The position numbers and the translations under genes were made by a program. Of a stretch of 64,000 bases of DNA, positions 58,205-64,000 are shown in pieces. The notes beneath the pieces are model-generated. The model worked only from the letters and a program-made list of their open reading frames with translations, made no database searches and was not told where the DNA came from. The stretch is from Candidatus Bathyarchaeota archaeon. Lineage in GTDB: Archaea > Thermoproteota > Bathyarchaeia > Bathyarchaeales > Bathycorpusculaceae. Each line of letters opens with the position of its first letter. Within the stretch, counting starts at the first letter, position 1. The DNA lies in NCBI GenBank assembly GCA_963828195.1, contig CAWHDT010000009.1:96001-160000 (forward strand), written 5' to 3'.

Positions 58205-58741
58205 TCACAGTCTCTCTGCTAATTGCTGCGCGTTATTTTTGATTTTCGACAAAGCCTTAGCCGTCGGTTTTCCCCTGAGGTCTCCAAGCTTGCCTTGAGT
58301 GCTTAAATCTTCCCTTCCGTGAAACTCGCTGGGCACGTACCATTCACCAACCACTTTAAAACCGAAATGCTCAAAGTACTGCCTCACCGTTTTCCCAGCA
58401 GGAGTCGCCTCAGCTATGCCTGTGTGTGGTCCAGAATAAGTACAGAAAACCAGCGCGTTTTTGCCTTCCACTTTTGGGGCACATGGCTTAATTTTTCCTT
58501 GGCTTCGGTACAGGTTCAGTTTGGCTTTTAGTAAGTCAGCGACGGGTTTAGCGGGTTGCCACTCAATTGAGGGAGAGCCAACACAAACCAAATCATAATC
58601 AAAAAAATCTGTTCCAACGGCTTCTTGAGGCTTTTTCAACTCAACTTTTAAGCCCCCATTTTTTAAGCCTTCTTTGATGGCATAAGCTACTTTTTCGGTG
58701 TTTCCCGTGCTGGAAAAGTAAACTATTAACGCTGACTTCAA
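58205..58741 (-). CDS. Flavodoxin-like protein
   Basis: YFSSTGNTEKVA, VGSP, FCTYSG. Confidence 0.9.
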   Translation of the reverse strand: MKSALIVYFSSTGNTEKVAYAIKEGLKNGGLKVELKKPQEAVGTDFFDYDLVCVGSPSIEWQPAKPVADLLKAKLNLYRSQGKIKPCAPKVEGKNALVFCTYSGPHTGIAEATPAGKTVRQYFEHFGFKVVGEWYVPSEFHGREDLSTQGKLGDLRGKPTAKALSKIKNNAQQLAERL

Positions 58742-58887
58742 ACTTTCACTTCTGACTAACCCATTTCTTCAATGAACGATAAAAACTGTTTTGTATTCTG
58801 GATAGGCCTAAGGAATTTTTTTTGCTCTTGTCTTAAAGGTTTTTTAAACTATAAATACCATGCAAGCCATAATTAAAACAAACGCAG

Positions 58888-60132
58888 GTGACGGTTTTGC
58901 GAATTGGCTTTTTCGTGTATGAGTATCCGCCTCAAATTGTTGGTGGTTTAGGCACTTACGCTGAATACATCACTCACGAGTACGTTGACATAGGGCATGA
59001 CGTCTCGGTTTTTACACTCAATAATGGAGCTTTAAAAACCAGAGAAATCCTCAAAGGCGTTGAAGTCCACAGACCGCTTATAGCTGACGCAAGCAACATC
59101 TGGCCATTCTTCGTGGTGGATGACCTCAAAAAATGGGGTACAAACATCAAATTCTTCAACGACATCTTCATGTATAACGTTCTGAGCGCCACCAAGTTAA
59201 TCAACGCTTTAATTAAGAAAGAGAAATACAATTTTGATGTGGTTTGCGTCCATGACTGGTTAAGCAGCATTTCGGGCTTGGTAATTAAGAATGAATCGAA
59301 AATACCCGTAGTTTTTCATGTGCACAGTACAGAGTGGGGCAGAAGCGGTGGGGCAGGGTCGGAAGTGGTGTCCCATTTAGAGGCAGCCATGGCCCAAAAC
59401 TCCGACCGCGTAATAACGGTAAGCTATGCTATGAAAGAAGATCTCATTAAACATGGCTGGCAGTCCTCAAAAATCAGCGTCGCGTGGAACGGCGTGGATC
59501 CTGAAATATACGACCCTAAAAAAGTTCGAAAAGAAGAAGTGGATGCCCTCAGAAAGAGCTATGGCATTCCGGACGGTTGGAACATGCTGCTTTTCGTTGG
59601 GCGGCTCACTTGGGTGAAAGGAGTGGGCAATTTAATGCAGGCGATGCCTCTGGTTCTCAAAGAATACCCCAATACTAAACTTGTCATTTTGGGCAAAGGG
59701 GATGAGCAAAGCATCATTGAAACGGCAGGCAGGCTCAACATCAAAGACAAAATTGTCTGCCGCTTCGAGTTCGTCACCGAAAAAGAAAGAATTCTCCACT
59801 ACGCCGCCTCTGACGTATGTATTTTTCCATCAACTTATGAGCCGTTTGGAATTGTATGTTTAGAAGCTATGGCTATGGAGAAACCTGTAGTGGTAGGCGC
59901 GAGAGGCGTAGTTGGCTTCAAAGAGCAAGTGATAAGTCGTGGCACTGACCAAACTGGCGTACACATCAACGCTGAAGACCCCGCGGATATAGCATGGGGA
60001 ATCAACCTGACGCTGAGCAACCCAGAAAAAGCCAAAAACTGGGGCGAAAACGGACGGCGCAGAGTGCTGGAGTATTTCACGTGGCACAAAGTCGCTGAGC
60101 AAACAAGCAAAATCTACGAGTCACTACTTTAA
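58888..60132 (+). CDS. Glycosyltransferase family 4 (glycogen-synthase-like)
   Basis: EYPP..VGGLG, HDWL, FVGRL..KG, EPFGIV.LEAMA. Confidence 0.93.
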   Translation: MTVLRIGFFVYEYPPQIVGGLGTYAEYITHEYVDIGHDVSVFTLNNGALKTREILKGVEVHRPLIADASNIWPFFVVDDLKKWGTNIKFFNDIFMYNVLSATKLINALIKKEKYNFDVVCVHDWLSSISGLVIKNESKIPVVFHVHSTEWGRSGGAGSEVVSHLEAAMAQNSDRVITVSYAMKEDLIKHGWQSSKISVAWNGVDPEIYDPKKVRKEEVDALRKSYGIPDGWNMLLFVGRLTWVKGVGNLMQAMPLVLKEYPNTKLVILGKGDEQSIIETAGRLNIKDKIVCRFEFVTEKERILHYAASDVCIFPSTYEPFGIVCLEAMAMEKPVVVGARGVVGFKEQVISRGTDQTGVHINAEDPADIAWGINLTLSNPEKAKNWGENGRRRVLEYFTWHKVAEQTSKIYESLL

Positions 60133-60173
60133 AGATCCAAAAAACGATAGAATTAATAAAAAAGTTAAGGAAT

Positions 60174-61139
60174 TTATGTTGCAAGCATGTCGGCTACTTC
60201 GAGCAACCTCAAGTTTATCGGCTTTCTGTTTTTAGCGGCTTTTTCAAGCTCAACGCTCACGATTTCACCGCTCTGCAATCCAACCGCCAAGTTGCCCTGT
60301 TCTTGGCAAATTAATTCAACCGCTTTATTGGCGAATAAACTTGCAAGCAGCCTGCTTCGTGCTGTGGGGCTTCCGCCACGCTGAGCATAACCAAGAATTG
60401 ACAGCCTGACTTCAGACTCCGTTTGCAGTTGCATTTCTTTCGCTAATTTATTTGTGTCACTGAAGCCTTCTGCCGCAACTATTATGCCAGCCCTTTTGCC
60501 TTTCTTAGCGTTTTCCTCGATAAGTTTTACAATGTCGTCAATGTTCATCGGGTTCTCTGGAATCAAAATAACTTCGGCACCGACGCATATTCCTACTTCC
60601 AGCGCTAAAAATCCTCTTTTTCGACCCATCACTTCCACAATAAATATTCTTTCATGAGAAATCGCCGTGTCTCTGATTTTGTCAATGGCGCCTACGGCAG
60701 TGTTAACTGCGGTGTCAAAGCCGACTGTTTCATCGGTTCCGTAAACGTCGTTGTCGATTGTGGCGGGTATCCCAACCATTAAAGCATCACTTTCTTTGCT
60801 TAGATCTAATCCCCCTCTGAATGAGCCATCGCCTCCAATGACGACTAACGCATCAACGTTGTTTATTGAAAGTGTTTTTGCTCCTTTTTCAGCTCCGCCT
60901 GGTTCCTCAAAATCTATGCACCGCAAAGTATGCAGAAAGGTGCCTCCTAACTGGATGATGCCGCCGACGCTTCGAGGAGTCAGCTTTCTAAACGAATTAG
61001 TTAATAGTCCATCCCACCCTCTCTCGAAACCTATAATTTGAAAACCCTTCGCGTGCCCTATGCGAGTGACAGCGCGGATTGCGGCGTTCATGCCGGGCGC
61101 ATCTCCACCCGAAGTAACTATTCCAATAGTTTTCGCCAA
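60174..61139 (-). CDS. pfkA: ATP-dependent 6-phosphofructokinase (probable TTG start at 61139)
   Basis: TSGGDAPGMNAAIR, GGDGS, PATIDND, EVMGR, LGYAQRGG. Confidence 0.95.
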   Translation of the reverse strand: MAKTIGIVTSGGDAPGMNAAIRAVTRIGHAKGFQIIGFERGWDGLLTNSFRKLTPRSVGGIIQLGGTFLHTLRCIDFEEPGGAEKGAKTLSINNVDALVVIGGDGSFRGGLDLSKESDALMVGIPATIDNDVYGTDETVGFDTAVNTAVGAIDKIRDTAISHERIFIVEVMGRKRGFLALEVGICVGAEVILIPENPMNIDDIVKLIEENAKKGKRAGIIVAAEGFSDTNKLAKEMQLQTESEVRLSILGYAQRGGSPTARSRLLASLFANKAVELICQEQGNLAVGLQSGEIVSVELEKAAKNRKPINLRLLEVADMLAT

Positions 61140-61257
61140 CCAAATTCCTCTTCTTAATCTAAAATCTGGATAAAAGATTAAAATGTTTAGTATGACTGTT
61201 AAGGGCGGGAAATGCCAAAACACATAAATTCTCTACTTTAATCTTTATGGACTTTGT

Positions 61258-61411
61258 CGGGAGGTAGCTCAGCCTGGCAGAGCTCTCGAGCCTGCTAACT
61301 TGCTTAGCTGGTGGAGACGCTGTAGAGGTCTACCCATGGTGGGCTTCATTCTAGCCTGCACAGGCCACAGAAACCGAGCTGTCGCAGGTTCAAATCCTGC
61401 TCTCCCGACCA
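61258..61411 (+). tRNA. tRNA-Tyr(GTA) with two BHB introns (61289-61318 at 30/31; 61326-61372 at 37/38)
   Basis: C1-G72/A73; spliced anticodon arm CTCGG-CTGTAGA-CCGAG; both introns form bulge-helix-bulge motifs; CCA encoded. Confidence 0.9.
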
Positions 61412-61553
61412 ACTTATTTCTTGGAAAAAATCGAGTTTTTGATGGACGTACCCTTGGTTTTCAGGCTTGATTTGGCGTGGCGCATTCGTGAGAGTTTGTG
61501 AAGCCGATTTGAAACTCTTATATATTGCAGATGATTATTCACTGTTGAGTGTC

Positions 61554-61862
61554 ATGGCTGAAGTTTGTTCAACATGCGGGCTTCCTAAAGACTTATGCGT
61601 TTGTGGAGAAATCGAAAAAGAGCAGCAGAGAATACGCGTCAGGCTTGAAACTCGGAAATTTGGCAGACCAACCACCGTTATCGACGGCATGGAAGACAAA
61701 AACATAAACTTAGCAAACATTGCGCAGAAACTAAAAACATATTGTGCATGCGGCGGAACCAGCAAAAACGGCCAAATCATGTTGCAAGGCGACCACCGAG
61801 ACAGAATACGCGAATTCTTAATTAAAATGGGTTACCCCACAGAAAACATCGAAGTCCAATAA
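61554..61862 (+). CDS. sui1: Translation initiation factor aIF1 (SUI1)
   Basis: CSTCGLPKDLCVC, LKTYCACGGT, LQGDHR. Confidence 0.96.
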   Translation: MAEVCSTCGLPKDLCVCGEIEKEQQRIRVRLETRKFGRPTTVIDGMEDKNINLANIAQKLKTYCACGGTSKNGQIMLQGDHRDRIREFLIKMGYPTENIEVQ

Positions 61863-61878
61863 ACGCAAAGTCGAAGCA

Positions 61879-62136
61879 GTGGTGCAAATGGCTAAAAAAG
61901 TAGATGGTATTCGCGATGTATTAAAATCGATTAAGCATCAAAAACGGGGAACGCAGATTTTTTGTCCGAGATGTTGTAGCCCAAAGTTGAAGCTGACAAG
62001 CAATCTTTCTGTTTGGTTAACGGGTGCACAGTATTTATGTGAAGAATGCGGTTACGTTGGGACCGTAGTTATGGTGCTTGAAAAAGAAAAAGAAGAAACT
62101 GATGCTTCGTCAGAAGAAAAGAAAGAAGATGTTTAA
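61879..62136 (+). CDS. Small zinc-ribbon protein
   Basis: FCPRC...YLCEECGY. Confidence 0.8.
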   Translation: MVQMAKKVDGIRDVLKSIKHQKRGTQIFCPRCCSPKLKLTSNLSVWLTGAQYLCEECGYVGTVVMVLEKEKEETDASSEEKKEDV

Positions 62137-63074
62137 TCGGGCAACTCAAGATTCAATTGTTTCTTAAGTGTTTTGTATCGGTTGCGCACGGTTACTTCTG
62201 TTACGCCTGCGGCTTCAGCGATGTCTTTCTGCGTTTTTTTCTCGTTGTTCTGCAAGCATGCAATGTAGAGGGCGGCAGCTGCTAACCCCATCGGGTCTTT
62301 CCCGGCGGCAGCACGTTTACGTCTTGCATCTCTGAGAATTTGGATGGCGGCACCTTGGGTTTTGCCTGAAATGCCAGTTTTCTCTGCAATTTTAGAGACA
62401 TATGTGAGTGGGTCAGCAATAGGCATATGAACATCAAGTTCACGTAGCAGCAGTCGGTAGCATCTCGCCACGTCTTTCTTATCGACGAGGCTGGCTTCAG
62501 CAATTTCTCGCAGTGTTCGTGGTGTTCCGCTTCCACGGCAAGCAGCGTAAAGCGCGGCTGCAGCAATGGCGGCGATTGATCTGCCTCTGACCAGTCCCTT
62601 GTCTAGCGCTTTTCGATAAACAACGGCGGCTTTTTCTTTGATTGGCGGTGGAATGTACACTTTATCGGATAGACGATCAAGTTCTGCCATGGCTTGAGCC
62701 AGGTTTCGATCGACGGATGAGTGGACTCGGCTGCGTATTTGCCATTTCCTAAGGCGCCACATTTGCAGTCTTGTGGATAGGGGCAGTTTTCTTCCAAACG
62801 CATCTCGGTCTACTTGGCTGATGGCTGTGGATAATCCTTTGTCATGAACGGAATAAGATGTGGGGACTCCAACTCGGCTTCTTGACGCTTTCTCCTCTTG
62901 AGTGAAAGCTCGCCATTCTGGGCCTTTATCCATCATTTGCTCGTACAAAACTAAGCCGCAGTCGCCGCACACGGTTTCTCCCGTGTCATAATCGTGAACT
63001 AGGTTTTCGCTACCGCACTCCGCGCACTTGTCAGATAACCGCGCCTGTGGTTTAGTTACTTCTTTTTTGCTCAT
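62133..63074 (-). CDS. tfb: Transcription initiation factor IIB
   Basis: Zn ribbon CAECG..CGDCG, GPEWRAF, two cyclin repeats, VTEVTVRNRY. Confidence 0.98.
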   Translation of the reverse strand: MSKKEVTKPQARLSDKCAECGSENLVHDYDTGETVCGDCGLVLYEQMMDKGPEWRAFTQEEKASRSRVGVPTSYSVHDKGLSTAISQVDRDAFGRKLPLSTRLQMWRLRKWQIRSRVHSSVDRNLAQAMAELDRLSDKVYIPPPIKEKAAVVYRKALDKGLVRGRSIAAIAAAALYAACRGSGTPRTLREIAEASLVDKKDVARCYRLLLRELDVHMPIADPLTYVSKIAEKTGISGKTQGAAIQILRDARRKRAAAGKDPMGLAAAALYIACLQNNEKKTQKDIAEAAGVTEVTVRNRYKTLKKQLNLELPD

Positions 63075-63376
63075 TTTTTTTACTCCTTTTCAACATGCGT
63101 AGAACCGTCACTATAGGCCAATCTGGCGAGAAAACAGTACATTCGGCCCGCGCAAACTAAGCAGATGAACATTAGTAATATTTAAGCTTTGTGGTATTAA
63201 TAAAGTTATTGCACACTTTATTCAACAAAATTACACATCACAAAGACAATGTTGATGGAAAACAGCCTAAGAAAAATGTTAACGAAAAACAAAGAAGCAA
63301 CCTCAACGTTCCATGAAGAACGCTTATTAGGATAAAAAATGTCCTAAAACTCTAGCACAGCAAAAAGAAGTCATGC

Positions 63377-63452
63377 AGCCCGGTGGTGTAGTGGTCAAGC
63401 ATAGAGGGCTTTGGACCCTCCGACGAGAGTTCGAATCTCTCCCGGGCTACCA
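63377..63452 (+). tRNA. tRNA-Gln(TTG), CCA encoded
   Basis: AGCCCGG...CCGGGCT-A-CCA; anticodon arm GAGGG-CTTTGGA-CCCTC. Confidence 0.95.
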
Positions 63453-63589
63453 TCATCTAGAGTGTAATTTATACTTCTTAAAATGGCGAATAGGGGGCTC
63501 GCCAATCCCCCATTTTCTTTTTCTTCACTCTAGAAAGATGGTAAGAGGTTTCTTAGAATGGATAACCATGAGTTAATGATGATTAGGTT

Positions 63590-63775
63590 TTGGCTTTCGC
63601 ATTGGGAGGTTTTTGCCTAATGGACGGAGCCCGATGTATGGATTGCGCAGACTGGTTCGGTTCTTGCCACCGACTACTAAATGGGCGAAGACAGCTCAAT
63701 CAAATAGCTTCTAGCGATGCATGCAGCCGCTTCATACCCAAAAACACAAGAGTTGTTCAGGAGGTCCAGCATTGA
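63590..63775 (+). CDS. Small Cys-rich hypothetical protein (start may be ATG at 63620)
   Basis: GGAGGT SD; CMDC...C...CSRF. Confidence 0.55.
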   Translation: MAFALGGFCLMDGARCMDCADWFGSCHRLLNGRRQLNQIASSDACSRFIPKNTRVVQEVQH

Positions 63776-64000
63776 GCAATTTACAAATTGATAAGGTAGA
63801 CGCCATCGATTGGTTGACTGATGAGCGATGGATCGCTTTCAGCTTCTATGGCGGCTTCGCACAGTTTTTAGAGCACTATTACTTTATGCCTGGAACACCA
63901 AAAAACTCAGAGTTCGAAGTAATGGTTGCCAGAGTCTCAATCAACGGACTAAACGGTATAGCACCCTTTTACAGAATCCGAGATAGCGTTGAGAATCGTG
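63772..64000 (+). CDS. Hypothetical protein, 3' end beyond the window
   Basis: GGAGGT SD and TTG overlapping the previous stop; frame open to the window end (LSNLQIDKVDAIDWLTDERW...). Confidence 0.55.
   Translation, partial: MSNLQIDKVDAIDWLTDERWIAFSFYGGFAQFLEHYYFMPGTPKNSEFEVMVARVSINGLNGIAPFYRIRDSVENR

Noticed and set aside
61258-61411. tRNA-Met from the CAT triplets
   Set aside because: Those triplets lie inside intron 2; BHB geometry and C1-G72/A73 indicate Tyr(GTA)
63373-63576. 67-aa ORF over tRNA-Gln, and the many antisense ORFs within long genes
   Set aside because: Shadow ORFs overlapping well-supported features

Overview
Archaeal chromosomal window, most consistent with Bathyarchaeia (an inference from gene content, not a database result). 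Core genes include a fwdDBAC formylmethanofuran dehydrogenase operon, aIF2-alpha, aIF1/SUI1, TFB, Trm1, ProC, ATP-type PfkA, MscL, CorA and four tRNAs (Thr-GGT, Leu-TAG, Gln-TTG and a Tyr-GTA with two BHB introns). They are interleaved with many secreted or membrane-anchored surface proteins (PQQ-type beta-propellers, a beta-helix protein, two ~955-aa paralogues) and Lrp regulators. The most unusual part is 13.3-21.0 kb, an integration hotspot around divergent tRNA-Thr and tRNA-Leu genes. Four progressively decaying copies of the tRNA-Leu 3' end delimit small gene cassettes, with no integrase in view. In one cassette an AAA+/wHTH ATPase gene is bracketed by two identically spaced 49-bp dyad sites (GTCC-4-GTCC-6-GTCC-5-GGAC-6-GGAC-4-GGAC). 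On the tRNA-Thr side there is a circularly permuted hicA around an att copy, and two toxin genes are truncated at a shared junction. No CRISPR array, rRNA, integrase or transposase was seen.
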